Of a stretch of DNA of 64,000 bases, positions 36,050-51,887 are shown one piece after another. The position numbers and the translations under genes are program-made. Source of the DNA: Octopus vulgaris (lineage: Eukaryota); the NCBI GenBank assembly GCA_951406725.2, contig OX597816.1, positions 94,426,001 through 94,490,000 on the forward strand, read 5' to 3'. Under the pieces are notes generated by a model. The model was not told where the DNA came from. It did not search any database and saw nothing but the letters and a program-made list of their open reading frames with translations. Position 1 is the first letter of the stretch, and each line of letters opens with the position of its first letter.

Positions 36050-38360
36050 GTACCGTGGTGCGTGTGGCGGTAGAACCATCTCACTAGCAGCTTCATTTCT
36101 TCCTATGTGATGTGTTTTTAGATAGCTAACAAACCAAATCCATATTGGTTCCTGCTAGGTTTCTGCAGTTACTGCATTTGGGTTCCCTTGCGGTGCAAAC
36201 GCCTTAAGGCAACATGCTCCATTCTCTTTTATTCAAACTGTCACACCTGTACTTGATAGTCTCTCTCCAAGAAATACAGTTTTCAGCCAACGTCTCCCAG
36301 ATAACCACACCCATCTCCAAGACTTTAGGATTACCTTTTATGGCATTCTTGTTTCTAGGCTTGTTTTGAGGCTTTCCCTTCAATACAAACCTAAAATACC
36401 TATTTGGGCAGCCCACATTCTTCCATCCCGACGACATGATCAGCCCAACACATCTGGTTCAGAATTATTCTTTTCTCAATACTGCTGTTACGAGCTTTCT
36501 TAAATACAACAAATTCAAGGACCACTTTATGTTCCGGATGCGCCGGATACTGTGCTGATGATGTCTTTCCAATCGTTAGATGTGATGGCTGTAAGTTATC
36601 CACATTTCGCATCTGTATAGCAGAGCTGTAAGAATACAGGATTCATACATAGCGAGCTTCGTGTCACTCGTGATACCCCGATCTAACTAAACCTGCTTCT
36701 CGAGTTTCCCGAAAACAGCATCAGCTGTCGCAATCCTGTGATCTATTTCAAAATCAAGGGAGCCATCTCTTCCAAGATAACCACCGCTTCAAGACTTTTC
36801 CCTCCCACGAAAATTTCAGGCTCCACATATTATCCCCCCCCCCCCGCCAACTGATGGAGTGTACATGGACTTTGTCGTTTTTTTTTTAATGTTCATAGTT
36901 ATACTAAATGCAGTGCTTGCATTATAGGTGTCCAATATCATTTGTATGTCCTTCGCTGAATAAGTCGCATAATCAGCATCGTCAACGTAATGGAACTCTC
37001 TAACAAGAATGCTGTTGTGGCGGACGCCCCTAGGTGAGAAGTGGGCTGGTCCACTACTAATGAATAGTGGACAGACTCAGTAAGTAGTGTCAGCCCGCGA
37101 GGTATATTTGTTGTACAATCGAAGACGAAGCGAAAATACTGAAGATTACAAGAACCAAAAAAGTGAATTATTGAGTGTATGGCCTGGAAATGGCCATACA
37201 AGTAAGCCTAAAAGATTTACACGAAATCACCGAAGAAATCATTTTACCAGACGACATGAGACTAAGAGTAGTGGTGGAAGGCAGACTACGAACATATTAT
37301 CTGTGTGGTCAAAAGGGGAACAGGAAAGCAAGGTGCCTCCAGAAGGAAAATAAAGAGGAACAGCACAAGCAACAGTGGGAAGAACAGAGTGCCGAAGTGG
37401 CGGTGCCGGAAGGAGAGATGAACAGAGAGGAGGAATTATTCACCGTTGTGAATAGGAGGAAAAGGAAAGAGCGTGTAAGCTCTCCACCAGAGAGTAAAAA
37501 AAAAGGAGGTAGAGTTGGAAGTGACAAGGAGCTGGTTCGATACACCAGCAGCACTAACATTACCAACAGAAGGCAACGAGGAAGCAGGATCATCATTGCA
37601 ACTCGAAGCGGGAGACATAGATGTAGGAGTTCTTGCCCTTGTAAATGGAAAACATAATTGCATCTACCAAGCCTTTTAGGGGAAGACTCACTATACAATA
37701 CACCTAAAACTAGCCATGAATGGCCATAGCCACATTCTCTCCTCCAAAGCGAATCAACTCCGTCCAAACCTGGAGCTTTTTCTATGTTTATCTCTTTGAT
37801 AGTAGGTCTTATCACCTCAACGATAGTATCAGTCATCATTTGTCACAATCTCCTTTTGGGCAGTCGATTAATAATTCCATCATCAATAACAGGCAGGTTA
37901 TCAAACAGATCTTTAAAATATTCTGTCCTCCGATTCGTGATTCTTTCTGGAGCTTTCATGTGGACATGTCCATCTTTGACTTCATTCGTGTCACTTTTGC
38001 GGGCTATGGGCCCCAAATTTGCCTTATTGTGCTGTATAATGCCTTCGAGTCTCTGCAGACCACCAGCTATTCTACATCTTTCGAGTTATATACTGCAGTT
38101 TTCACTTTGCTTCTTTGAAGCCCCTCTCAAAGGTGGTCTTCACTGGATCTTCGACAACAGAACACTTCTCATAAAGCTTGTTCTTCTCTTCAATGAGATT
38201 GGTGATTTCAGCATCACTATCATCAAACCAATCTTGGCGTTTTGTCTTTTTTAAAACCGAGTACATCAATTTCGGTATCGTAACCCTGCGTTTTGAACAG
38301 TTCCTAAGTTCCATCAAAAACAATATTGTCAAGTACATTATGAAGAGCATCTTGCATTTC
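36050..38360 (-). mobile_element. Degenerate RTE-clade LINE, interrupted
   Basis: Broken frames give QDWFDDSDAEI, KAPGLDG, DGSLDFEIDHRI and WADHVVGMEECGLPK. Confidence 0.75.
37150..37690 (+). mobile_element. L1/Tx1-like ORF1 fragment with a decayed zinc knuckle
   Basis: LRVVVEGRLRTYYLCGQKGNRKARC; homologous to the copies at 46 kb and 47.7 kb. Confidence 0.65.
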
Positions 38361-38519
38361 TAAATTTTGCAGTTTGGATGCATCTATACCTTTATCACTT
38401 TGACACTCATTGCCCTCATTTTACCTCTGATCTGCATTTTCATCTTGCCACATACAAGTTTGTGGCGTTTACTACGTTCTGCATCCCGCATTACTCATAT
38501 GGAACGGATACCCTGGCGC

Positions 38520-38575
38520 TCTCTCTCTACCTCTCTATCTCTCTCTCCGTCTCTCTCCCTCCCTATCTCTCCCCC

Positions 38576-38632
<57 letters not shown>
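38520..38632 (+). repeat. (CT)n microsatellite
   Basis: Directly visible. Confidence 0.95.
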
Positions 38633-38637
<5 letters not shown>

Positions 38638-38639
38638 AA

Positions 38640-39344
38640 ATCTTAGGTGTATGTCAAGTGTATCAAGCACTAAGAACCAATTACATCAAATACAGAATAG
38701 ACAACACATCAGAAAGTGATAAGTGCAGAATTTGTGGACAAAATGGTGAAACCGCTTGGCATACTACCAGTTAACGTACGCCACTAGCCCAGAAAGAATA
38801 TAAGAGACGTCTTGACAATATAGTAAGGATTGTGCATTGGACACTTTGCAACAAGTATGAACTTGACAGAGCAAAAATGTGGTACGAACATAAACCCGAA
38901 GGCATCATCGAAAACGATAATGCGAAGATCCTATGGGATTTTATGATTCAGTGCGACCATAAGATAGAGAATAGGAAACTAGACAGTGTTAATTGAGAAA
39001 GAAAGCAAACGATGCTGGATCTTAGATATAGCATGCCCAGTTGACAACAAGGTATACGATAAGGAAGAAAGAAAAGTTGGGTCGCTGAAAAAGGTGGTAG
39101 TAGTACCAATAATTGTCGGAGCCCTGGGAACAGTGAGTAAAAATCTTGAAAAGTACATGGAACAAACAGGAGCTGCAATAAGGATGGAGCACTTGCAGAA
39201 AACAGCACTGCTTGGAACCGCTCTAATACTCTGGATGGTGCTCGAAAAATAAGGGGTGTTATCTTAGTTCAGTGGTAGTGAACAGCTGACACCGTAGTAC
39301 ACCATCGTTAAAAGCTGTGCAAAGACAACAACAACAACAACAAC

Positions 39345-39345
<1 letters not shown>
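38640..39345 (+). mobile_element. R4/Dong-like LINE 3' fragment (CCHC plus restriction-like endonuclease)
   Basis: KCRICGQNGET, LAQKEYKRR, WYEHKPEGIIENDNAKILWDF, ILDIACP and VVPIIVGALG, followed by a (CAA)n(TAA)n tail. Confidence 0.85.
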
Positions 39346-39418
<73 letters not shown>

Positions 39419-39423
39419 TGATG

Positions 39424-39510
<87 letters not shown>
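39346..39510 (+). repeat. (AAT)n microsatellite
   Basis: Directly visible; further arrays at 40015-40196 and 51770-51885. Confidence 0.97.
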
Positions 39511-39513
<3 letters not shown>

Positions 39514-40014
39514 TGGAAGTGTTATCATGTACATTGTTTTGTCTTGGTATAAAAGATGGGTTACAGCAAATATTCTGCTCAATACCACAGATTTGCTTGT
39601 CAGTTGTTTGACTTTAACCAGTTGAGTATGTCCCTTAGTGGCTGACGATATGTGCATCTCTGATCACGAGCAGAATTAGTGGGGAGCATCATAGCCATGT
39701 GTTGAGAGGGATTCTTTGGGGTTTGAATAATTCACCTCTGGAAACATGGGTGGTTCTTTCAACATCCTTAAACAACCCTTATTCGGGGACCTTTTGAGTG
39801 GGATGGGCTACTCAACCTGAAGAAAATTCTAACTGGGCCCCACCTGCAAGGTCATGTGCTGTTTATCTTGATATGAGATCACCATGTCGCGCACATATGG
39901 TTGTGATGCATGTGCCTGATGTACCCTTATCAGACGGGTAGTCATGATGGGTATATTGGGCTTCGTATACTTTACCCCAGTGTCACTTTGATGGCATGAA
40001 CTGCTCTCTTACTC
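39511..40014 (+). mobile_element. Non-coding element of about 500 bp embedded in (AAT)n; other copies at 41525-41900 and 51886-52250
   Basis: Three high-identity copies, each next to (AAT)n and/or a Dong 3' end. Confidence 0.8.
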
Positions 40015-40049
<35 letters not shown>

Positions 40050-40069
40050 TAATAATAATAAAAATAATG

Positions 40070-41525
<1,456 letters not shown>

Positions 41526-41924
41526 GCAGAAGTAGTGGGGGAGCATCATAGCCATGTGTTGAGAGGGATGCTTTGGGGTTTGAATAGTTCATCTCTGATC
41601 ACGAGCTGGGGAAACATAGTTCACCTCTGGTGGGTGGTTCTTTCAACATCCTTAAACAACCCTTATTCGGGGACCGTTTGAGCGGGATGGGCTACTCAAC
41701 CTGAAGAAAATTCAAACTGGGCCCCACCTGCAAGGTCATGTGCTGTTTATCTTGATATGAGATCACCATGTCGCGCACATATGGTTGTGATGCATGTGCC
41801 TGGTGTACCTTTATCAGACGGGTAGTCATGATGGGTATATTGGGCTTTGTATATTTTACCCCAGTGTCACTTTGATGGCATGAACTGCTCTCTCACTCAA
41901 TAATAATAATAATAATAATAATAG

Positions 41925-42137
41925 TTTCAAATTTTTCCAGAAGTGCAGCAATTTTGGGGAAAGAGATGAGTCGATTACATCCACTCCAGTGTTCAACTGG
42001 TACTTATTTTAACGAACCGGAAAGGATGAAAAGTAAAGTCGGCTTCGGTAGAATTTGAACTCAGAACGTAACGACGGGCGAAACACCACTAAGCATTTCG
42101 TCCAACACGCTAACGATTCTGCCTGCTCGCCGCCTTT
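41925..42137 (-). mobile_element. Meta-type SINE
   Basis: Reverse complement of the 27067 copy. Confidence 0.8.
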
Positions 42138-42295
42138 GAAGAAGAAGAAGAAGAAGAAGAAGAAGAAGAAGAAGAAGAAGAAGAAGAAGAAGAAGAAGAA
42201 GAAGAAGAAGAAGAAGAAGAAGAAGAAGAAGAAGAAGAAGAAGAAGAAGAAGAAGAAGAAGAAGAAGAAGAAGAAGAAGAAGAAGAAGAAGAAGA
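42138..42295 (+). repeat. Pure (GAA)n tract of about 52 units
   Basis: Directly visible. Confidence 0.97.
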
Positions 42296-44497
42296 ATGCC
42301 CAAATGCAATTCCAGGCAATGGCTCTCATGTCTTCTGATCGGAATTGTTACAGAAAATTAAAAATTCTCAGTTTACTAGTTAAATTCTTAGTATGAAGGA
42401 AGGGACCCATTTTGTCTGTATACAAGATTATTTAAACTGTATTCGTTTAAATACAACGTATCTTTGTCCAAGAGGAGATTCTCCTGCAAACTGGATGATG
42501 TTTATCGACATGTGCCCGTACGATTCTTAGCATGTAGCTTCACTTTGTCACACATTATAATCTTTTCTCTCCGCCATTGCCTGTGAACCTCATTAATATA
42601 CTTACAGGGAGTCTCTAACGAGAACCCCAGCCTTTTGTCTGTTTCCAATCTCCTTTACCACGTCTAGTTGCACTCGATATTTGTTGTATCCGCTAACAAC
42701 ACCCAAAATATTTTATATTCCTAAACTTCATAGGTTGTTTGCCAAATAAACAATGTAGATAGCCCTGGACGATTGGTGTAACATGCACATAAGCCATAAA
42801 TCCATCAAATCTCTATATTCTCAGGACAGAATATTCAGCGAATACAGTCGTGTCGACGCTATCACTTCCAGCCATTTCGTCGATTAGAACACTATGGATC
42901 ACAGAAGTATATTAGGAAAACGAAGTGGGGAGCGATATAGTGTGTCATAAATGAGTGCATATTTATATGCGTGGAATGTATATTATGTTTAAATGTAGGT
43001 TTTGTTTACACAGATGTGTCTAAATGCTCGTCTGTTTTATTTTAATTTTAGTTTCATTTCATTAAAATAACAATTATTTGTAATTCTGTCTTCTATTTAA
43101 TAACAAATTATAACCATCCTCTCGAATCTGTGTATAAATAGGTTCATAAATGGCTATACTGGTTGTTATTCATCAAAGGAAGTTTTGTCACATCATTGTC
43201 ACCAGAATTTAATCTAGAGCGAGACTAGACTATAATTTATTTCACAAGGATGAAAAGCAAAATTACTCTCAGCAGGATTTGAACTCAGCCGGAAGAAATA
43301 CTGCGCGTTATTTACAGAAACATTGAATCATATGCGAAAATAATCCATGAAATGACAACGGATTAAACTACAGAAAGCTAGCTGAACTTTAAAAAGTTGT
43401 CTGTCATTATTCAAACCTTTTCATCCATAGCAAAGATCTATGAGGCTTTCTAAAGGCCGGGTAAGAAGTGATGGTATGTTTCTCTGTGAAAGGCCACTAT
43501 TGTCCAAATGTTAGTACAGAAGAATACCTGCGAAGATGATACTTTATGGTGAAAATGCTATGGTTCAACTATCAACAACGGAAGTTCTAGTAAAACACTG
43601 GCTGCTCTGTTGTTTTAAAAATGTTGTCATCATGGTATGTATCTGTACTATTTGTAAGACTTAGAATGGGAACAAGTTCAGTTTTCACTATTAAAGATGT
43701 TGAGAGAAGATATTGATATTTCTAAATATTGTTAGTTCGAAATTTACTCGGATTTAAAGTGTATGCAGAAGTTTTTTGAGTCATTTCTAAGATTTCATAA
43801 ATTAAAATACAGGTTCATCACATGAAATTTGCAGACTGTGCAAGAAAAATATATCTTGATTTCAAAATATGTTAGTACTTTTCAAATAGGAAAGCAAACA
43901 TTAACACAGCAAAACAGATGTATATCATTATTACATAATTTAAACAAAAACTAAAACAGCATAAAATTATTCTTTATCTATAAAGTATCTTACCGTTCTG
44001 GAATTTGTCTATCTTCACATAACAGCCTAAATAGAGATTAACAAATATAAATCTTAGGGGAAAAAATTACACTGGCTAATAATGTGAGATTTTAATCTTA
44101 GCTGAAATTCAAGACCCCTTAGAAGAGAATTTCATGAACATAAGTACAGCTCAACGTAACTAACACAGAATTTACTTATAAAACAAAGATTACTAAAATG
44201 TAAAATGCTACCGGTATTGATAAGGAATACAATTTTGGGTTAAATTACTGGTATTCATGGTAATTATATAGTAGCTGTGGCAATTACAAAATTATTTATT
44301 AAGCCGTAATCAACACTCGATTAGTAATTGGAGAAAAGTTGCATTTATTTCCACCGAACAAAAATATTAAGTGACCCTGTAGAACTTACAGTGCAGTAAC
44401 CAAGTACAACAATATATACAAAACCGTGACATCTATACATTCCAACGAAACTTACACTCAGCTAGAAAATTATAACTTGTTACTGGAAAATTATTTT

Positions 44498-44649
44498 GTG
44501 GTAAGAAGCTTGCTCCCCAACCACCTGGTTCCGGGTTCAATCCCACTGCACGACACCTCGGGCAAGTTTCTTCTACTATAGCCACGGACCGACCAAAGCC
44601 TTGTGAATGGATTTAGTAGACAGAAACTTAAAGAATCCTACCGTATATA

Positions 44650-44696
<47 letters not shown>

Positions 44697-44890
44697 TGTG
44701 CGCGCGCGCGCGTGTGTGTGTGTGTGTGTGTGTGCGTATGTATGTGTGTATGTTTGTGTGTGTGTTTATCCCCCACTACCGCTTGACAACCGGTTCGACA
44801 ACAAAGTATCGATAGAATAAGTACCAGGCTTTAAAAAAGTACTGGGCCGATTCATTCGACTAAAATTCTTCAAGAACAGCTATGAACTGA
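44498..44890 (+). mobile_element. CORE-type tRNA SINE with internal (GT)n; related copies near 3590, 48458, 55060, 57640 (minus strand) and 57995
   Basis: tRNA-like head with ggttcaatccc, core acct(t/c)gggcaagt and shared 3' region gatagaataagtacc...gtcgatt...cgactaa. Confidence 0.8.
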
Positions 44891-45077
44891 ACAATTATTC
44901 AATTATTAAAGACAGCAGGAAGAGAAGGAAAATCTAAATATGTTATGGATTGTTAATAGAAAAGCCTGTGACGAAATATACCACAGTTATGGATATTGGA
45001 GACTCTACAAGCCCAGAGAATCTATTAAAAACATTGTATGAGCTCAACTGGAATACCAAAATGAATTTGGATTAGAC

Positions 45078-45420
45078 CAATGGTTCCCAAACGGTGCAGC
45101 GGAATGACAGAAAGACAATCAAAGGTTTACAAACGGTTTTTAAAAAATTCATATGCCAAGCATAAATAAGCTTTCAAATTTTAAAATATCATTGGACTCT
45201 ACCAGAAACAATATCTATGTGTCTCTTCAAAAGCGTTATACATTCTACCGTTCTCCACGACATATTGCTGTGGACAAGGATTTTCAGTTCTGATAAATAT
45301 CAAAAACCAAAAAAGGGAAATTTGTATTAATGAGGAGATGAGTTTGTTTATCTCAAATTAGGCCTAATATAAAGGAGATTACTCATCAAAAACAACCTCA
45401 TACCTTTCATTAAATTCGTG
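45078..45420 (+). mobile_element. hAT remnant, C-terminal dimerisation region
   Basis: TIR-like caatggttcccaaac; translation ILPFSTTYCCGQGFSVLINIK. Confidence 0.7.
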
Positions 45421-45890
45421 TACTTTAATCATATTATAAATTGTGTTATATATTGTATTTCACACACTATTAGTGGTTTGTTTGTTTTGTTTTTTTTTTA
45501 AATGTGCTTTTTATCACATTGTTATGACGTGTGTTGTGCCCAAGGGTGTAAGAATAGTATTACTCAAATAAATATTTGGATATGATTATCTACAATAACC
45601 TTTCGCAGAATTGATATCTTCACACATAACGCACTCCGTAATACTCCACAGTAATATTAAACTAACACAGTAACGAATACGGACGGTCAACTTTGTTAAC
45701 TAACTTCTTTTATTTGGCACACAGGCCATGACGAGGATGAAATGGCTGCATTGAGCTCCACTCTCAAGCAGTACCATTTAAATGTTTTAATATAAAGTTT
45801 TTAAAATCAATTTTCTTTTCTCTTTTTTTTTTTTTTTTTAGCATCTTGTGTACAGTCTTTAGAATTTTACCACTGTGATGCTTTACGATT

Positions 45891-46530
45891 TTATAGCGGT
45901 AAGTCATCGAATTCTACTCTAGCACCCATTGGGTCCATCCTGTTTCCGAACCATTCCTTCAACTTGTATCTTTCCTTATCTTTCACTATTGCCTTCGAAG
46001 TCTCCGGGTAATGCTCCACTGGTAGTTTCACTCTTATCACCGATCTGGATTTGATGATTTTTCTTTCGATCTCAGTACTTTCTGAATATGTCACCATATG
46101 CCACTTGTTTTTTGCCTGTTTCGGGGTTGCTTGTTCCTGCGGTGGAATTTGGTTTTCTGTGATGGTTTCCTTTGTTGTTGGTGCTATTGGAATCTCATGC
46201 AGTGAAAAATCTTTACCTTCTGTTCCACTCTCCTTCCTTTTCTTTAAAAGACTCTTCGTCGGTGACCTCACACATTCCTTTCTCTTTTTCCTAGTTACTA
46301 CCGTACATGCCTCCTCGGCTTTCTCCGGGCATTTCTCTTTTACTGGGGCCGCCACTTCGGCACTCTGCTCTTGTTGTTCCTCTTCACTTTTATTTCTTTC
46401 TGGTGGCACCTTGCTCTCATGTGTCCTTTCTCTCCACATTGATAACATGTTGGTGGTCTTCCCTCCATCACCACTCTCAATCTTATGTCGTCCGGTAAAA
46501 TTACTTCTTCCGAGAACCCAACAAAGCCCT
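45891..46530 (-). mobile_element. L1/Tx1-like ORF1 fragment with CCHC knuckle, frameshifted
   Basis: RVVMEGRPPTCYQCGEKGHMRARC followed by a charged C-terminal region in another frame. Confidence 0.7.
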
Positions 46531-46559
46531 CTTTATGAGTGTAATGCCAAATAAATATC

Positions 46560-48596
46560 AGCACATCTGCGCTCGTGAGACCCGAACCCCGTGTGAAGGT
46601 CCCTCGCACGGCAAGTGTTCCTCTGTGCAGCAGGTTAAACCTGGTCGTTATTCAAATACTGCTATAAAGACTAGAATAGAACGGACTCAAAATGACGATA
46701 GAAATGTAATAGAATGTTATTACAGAAGTGAGCCTACAAAAAGAGAATACCGGAAAAGAATATATAAAATTTGGACAGAGGGAAACATGTTCCCATTACG
46801 GTGCAAAGACTTCTGGACCAAAACAAATTATTCGTGAAAAGGCATATATCTAACTGGAATGGCGCAGACCTTGCTGTATGGTAAGAAGCTTGCTTCCGGT
46901 ATAGCGTTTGTCAGTCTTTGAGTGTTACACAATTGGGGTTTGTTTTGTTTTTTTGTGTTTTTTTTGCTGTCTTGGCGGTGCAACGTTTTTCCTCTTGTTT
47001 AATAGAGGGGCGTCGAGTGAGGTGTTGCGAAGGCTTGAATTGTTCTGTTTCAGACGTTATAGACTTCCTTCTTCGGACTTTGTGTCGTCTGAGAAATAAT
47101 GGAGTGTCTAAAGAAGATAGATGAAGCAATGGAAATAAGGAAATATGCTGCAGCGACAAAAGAAAAAGCGAAGATGTGAGGCTGGAGGATGTGAGCAAGT
47201 TCAAGGGAATGCTTAAAAGGGAGAGGAAAGAATAAGTTTTAAAGGAAGCAGCATAAAGGACAATAATTTACCGAACATACTCGGTGGTAGCAAGGAAGAT
47301 CAAGATTATGTCAACGCCACAAATAGAAAAGGCACTGGGATCAATCAAACAAGGGATTTCCTACCTTGCCAGAGGAAAAACGTTTGGAACGGTGGAGGTG
47401 GAGGTGCAGTTCAGTAAGGTAGCTACCGCTAGGCTGCACTCAGCAACACTGCTGAAAACGGATAAAGTGGTTCTTCTACCTGTATACCTTGGGAGGCGTG
47501 CTTCCAGAGTTAGGATGGAAGAAATACCCCCAGAAGTGAATGGAGCCTGGCTGGTGGCTACCATACTGCTAGGCATGGAAGTGAAGGTGGTGGTCCTCCA
47601 GGTCACCAGAACACCCCATAGGAGCTGGCAGAGACAAAACCCCTTGATTTAGTGGTGCAAGTCGCGGAAGAAGACATAGAAAAGATGGTCGAGACCATCA
47701 CAGTAGGAGAGACAATATTGAAAGTCAGAGTGGAAGGGAGGATTCTGCGATGCTATGAATGTGGCCTGAAAGGACACATTAGAGCAGATTGTCCTCCACC
47801 ACTAGAAAAGGCTGAAGAGAGACAGGAGAGTGAGAAAGTGACTGGTGCTCCTCAGCCCGTGGAGGAAAAGGAAAGTGATGTGGCACTACAGGCGAAGACA
47901 AGTACCAGCGTCGAGGAAGAGGAGGCAAACACCAGCTGGGAAATAGAGGGAAAAGAGAGGGAAAAGGAGAAAGAGGACACACTAAGGACAAAATGAAGAA
48001 CTGTACAATGAGGTAGACTCGTGCGACAGAGTAATTAAAGTGGATGTAACGTGAGTAAGGGGTCTGCCCGTGAACATTCACAGCGCGTTGGCGGACCCGG
48101 AGTACCTGTTTACATTACATAAGTATGTAGGAAATTATGACTGCGAGTGGTGAGTCAAAAAAAAAGTGACACCAACACAATGCCGGAACGGATAAGGTAT
48201 GCAGATATCTTTAAAAAATGCAACATAGATATTCTGGAAAAAAAAATGGTAATTAACTGTTATTAATGGTATAGTGTAAATAATTGTTCTAAAAAAGCTG
48301 TATTAACAGGTTCAATGAAGTCGCTTGGAGGTGAGGCCGAACGGCTTCATTTCTCTTTTCATTATATTAATTCATTCTTTCTATTCGTTTTTTTTTTGTC
48401 CCCACGTTGTGCTCTCCCCTCTGTGTAAGACCTTCATAGCCAATTTCATAAAATAGGGAAGCTTGCTTCCCAACCAAATGGTTCCGGGTTCAGTCCCACT
48501 GAGTAGCACCTTGGGCAAGTGTCTTCTACTGTAGCATCGGGCCGACCAAAGCCTTGTGAGTGGATTTCGTAGACGGAAACTGAAAGAAGCCCGTCG

Positions 48597-48629
<33 letters not shown>

Positions 48630-51600
48630 CTGTTTGTCTGTGTTTGTACTCACCATCGCTTGACAACCGATGTTGGTGTGTTTACGTCCCAGTAACTTAA
48701 CGGTTCGGCAAATGAGACCGATAGAATAAGTACCAGACTTACAATGAATAAGTCCTGGGGTCGATTTGTTCGAGTAAAGGTGGTGCTTCAGCATGGCCGC
48801 AGTCAAATGACTGAAAGAAGTTAAGGAGTAAAAAAGTATATATATATATATCCCGGTTGGAATTGGTGGAGATCTCCATAATAATGAAAGTGTGTGAGTG
48901 TGTCTATGCTGAACACGAAGAACAAAATGCAGAACATGAACAGGAATTAGCAGAGTGACCAATAAATCCCCACAAAAGAAACAGCTGCCGGATGAAGGTA
49001 AATTCTACTTTGTGGAGGTAAAGACTGTTACAGAGGAAGAAAGAAGCTTACTATTACACCTGAATGAGGTAGGAAATATTGAAAGAAAGAGGTTACCAGC
49101 TCTGAGAAAATTTAGGAGGAGAAAACTGTATAAAGTAACGAAAATCTACATCGAAAGCATAAGTGATCTTAACAATCTTCCATACTATGCAGTCTCTGTC
49201 ACTGTGTAAACTCTTGAGATTAAAAGACAAAGAAAAACAAAAAAAAAACAAGTCCCCATGAGAGAACGAAGGTTTGAGAACCAAACTGAACAGATCCAGA
49301 AGGACCTTGGACGGATACAGACAATCATAGAAAAGAAGAGGGTGAGGGAAAGATAGCGGGACGAACTGCAAAGGAAGCATAACATAAGACACAAAGAACT
49401 ACAAGTGTTAAAGAAAAATTGATACAAAGAATCACAGCAATGTCTGATATTTATAAAAATGAGACCAGCGGAGACCAAATCATTACCAAAGAATTGATTT
49501 TTCAAGAACAATGAAAGAAAATTCTATAAACAACTGAACAATGAAGAGGAGCATCGGGGGAATATGTCAGATAAGGAAACAGAAAGAAAATCTAGACAGA
49601 AATCTAAAGTAAAGAAATTTAACAGGAATCTAGAGCAAAGAAATTTTACATGATATAAAAGGAGACTGGTTGCGGGAATTTAAAAGGGAAATGGAAATTA
49701 GACTGATACAAGAGAATATAACAATCACGGATGAGAAAGTGAAAGAGATGATTAAGAAAATTCCAAACTGGAAAGCCCCTGAATCAGATGGTATCCATGG
49801 TTTCTGACTCAAGAACGTTCCAACTATACATGGGTGTGTACGATCATCTTTTACTGACTGCAGAGAAAATGGAACACCAACATGGATAACAAAAGGAATG
49901 ACAGTTCTGATAAAGAATGACAAAGAAAAGAGAGTCAGTAATTATAGACCTTTTATTTGCTTACCATTACTCTGAAAACTGTTAACTGGCCTCATAGCAG
50001 GTGAAGAATATAATTTGTTGGAAAAGGAGAATAGGAAGAAATCAAGGGGAACTGCTGATCTGCTTTATATAGACAGTAGAATATTAAATGAGGTACGATT
50101 AAGAAGAAGAAATTAGCTGCTAGATAGATAAATTACAGGAGAGTTTACTATGATGTCCTATACACCTAGCTCTTGGACTGACTGAGGACGGTCGGTGTCA
50201 TTTACAAGATAAACAACTTTTTGGAAAAAGCAATGGGAGTGTGAGAAGTGGAAATGACATGCGCAAATGAATCGCTATGTAACTTGGAAATACTCAGGAC
50301 CGTTTTCCAAGGAGATTCGCGCTTCCTGTTACTCTTCGGCTTTAGGTTAATCCCCGTGACAAGTATGCTGAGAAAATCCAGACCTGCCTATAAGTTTGCC
50401 AAATCAGAGAGGAGAATAAATCATCAACTTTAAATGGATAAGTAGTAGCTGTTTAGAAAAAATGAGACAGACCTGTATTCTTTGATTCAAACAATGACAG
50501 TATTCAGTAAAGATACAGGAATGCAGTTTAGCGTAGATAATTGCGCAGTAATAACTATGAAGGAGAAATGAGAGAGAAGGTCATTAAAATTACAAGAGGA
50601 AGCTGTTCGAAAGAAAATTAAATGGAGGATTGGTTCATCATGAAACCCATAAATACATGGGCTATGTCAATACTGAGACACTTTGCTCCCTTTCGGAAAT
50701 GAACAAAGGTCGGGTTATAGAACTTGGGTGGAAGAACTAGAAAGCTGCTCACGATGCATAACGCACTATTACCGATGGACGCTCTCTCTATCAAAAAAGA
50801 AAGAGGGCAGAGGATTACTAAACGCAGAAGACATTGTTAATACTCCGATAGAGGGTCTGAAAAATTATGTTATGCAGAGTAAAGAGAGAATACTTTTGGC
50901 AGCAACAGATACCCAAAAAGTGATTGAAATAGTTGGAGGATTGAACGAGAAAAGAAACAAATTTTTTTTTTAAATGGAGCTACATGGCCAATTCATGCAA
51001 CAAACCGAGAATGTTCGCATTAAAGATCGCTGGCTCTGGTTGACGGATGGAAAGCTGAAATAAAAGACACAATCGTTAATTATAGCTGCTCAAGGACAAG
51101 CTCTTAGAACAAATTTGATAAAGGCAAAGCTCGACAAAACTCAGTCTGACAGCAAATGTGGATTGTGTAGGAAAGGAGACGAAAGTCTCAATCACGTTTT
51201 GAGTGAGTGCAATATACTAGCACAAAAGGAGCACAAAAGCAGACGAGACTGTGTTGGAAAAAGAGTGCATTGGGGTATTAGCCTAGTGTGTGGCTTCAAG
51301 ACAACAGAAACACGATATGAACACTAACTAGACGCTGTGATAGAAAATAAGAATTACATAATCTTGTGGGATTTCCTTACAGAGACTGGCCATATTATTG
51401 AACCATGAAGAGCAGCTTCGATTATAGAGGACAAAATAAACAGTGCAGGATCATAGATTTTGCAATTCCTTCTGATATCAAAGAAATTGAAAAAATTGAG
51501 TGATATCAGAATCTAACCAGAGGATTGAAGAGACTGGGAAAAACCAAGACAGCAATTATTGTTGTTGTAAGCTGTGCACTTGGCACAGCGCCCAAAATGC

Positions 51601-51770
51601 AGCCTAAAACACTGAAAGAGATTGAAAATGAAACTCGCATTGTCGACCTACAGAATATTGCCATCCTATATTCTGCAAGACTTCAAATAAAGAATTTTGA
51701 GAGTTGAGGTGAGTTGTTGCCACCAAATATCAAGATAAAATATTTGCTGACTAAATGATAATGCGCTCGA
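46560..51770 (+). mobile_element. Near full-length degenerate R4/Dong-like LINE interrupted at about 46855-48860
   Basis: N-terminal CYYRSEPTKREYRKR at 46.7 kb. From 48.9 kb: NWKAPESDGIHGF, NYRPFICL, FQGDS, EGRGLL, LHGQF, CGLC...HVLSEC and ILWDF, with an (AAT)n tail. Confidence 0.85.
47120..47996 (+). mobile_element. L1/Tx1-like ORF1, frameshifted, with CX2CX4HX4C
   Basis: ORFs 47284..47652 and 47652..47996; EGRILRCYECGLKGHIRADC. Confidence 0.7.
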
Positions 51771-51800
51771 ATAATAATAAATGTAATAATAATAATAATG

Positions 51801-51887
<87 letters not shown>

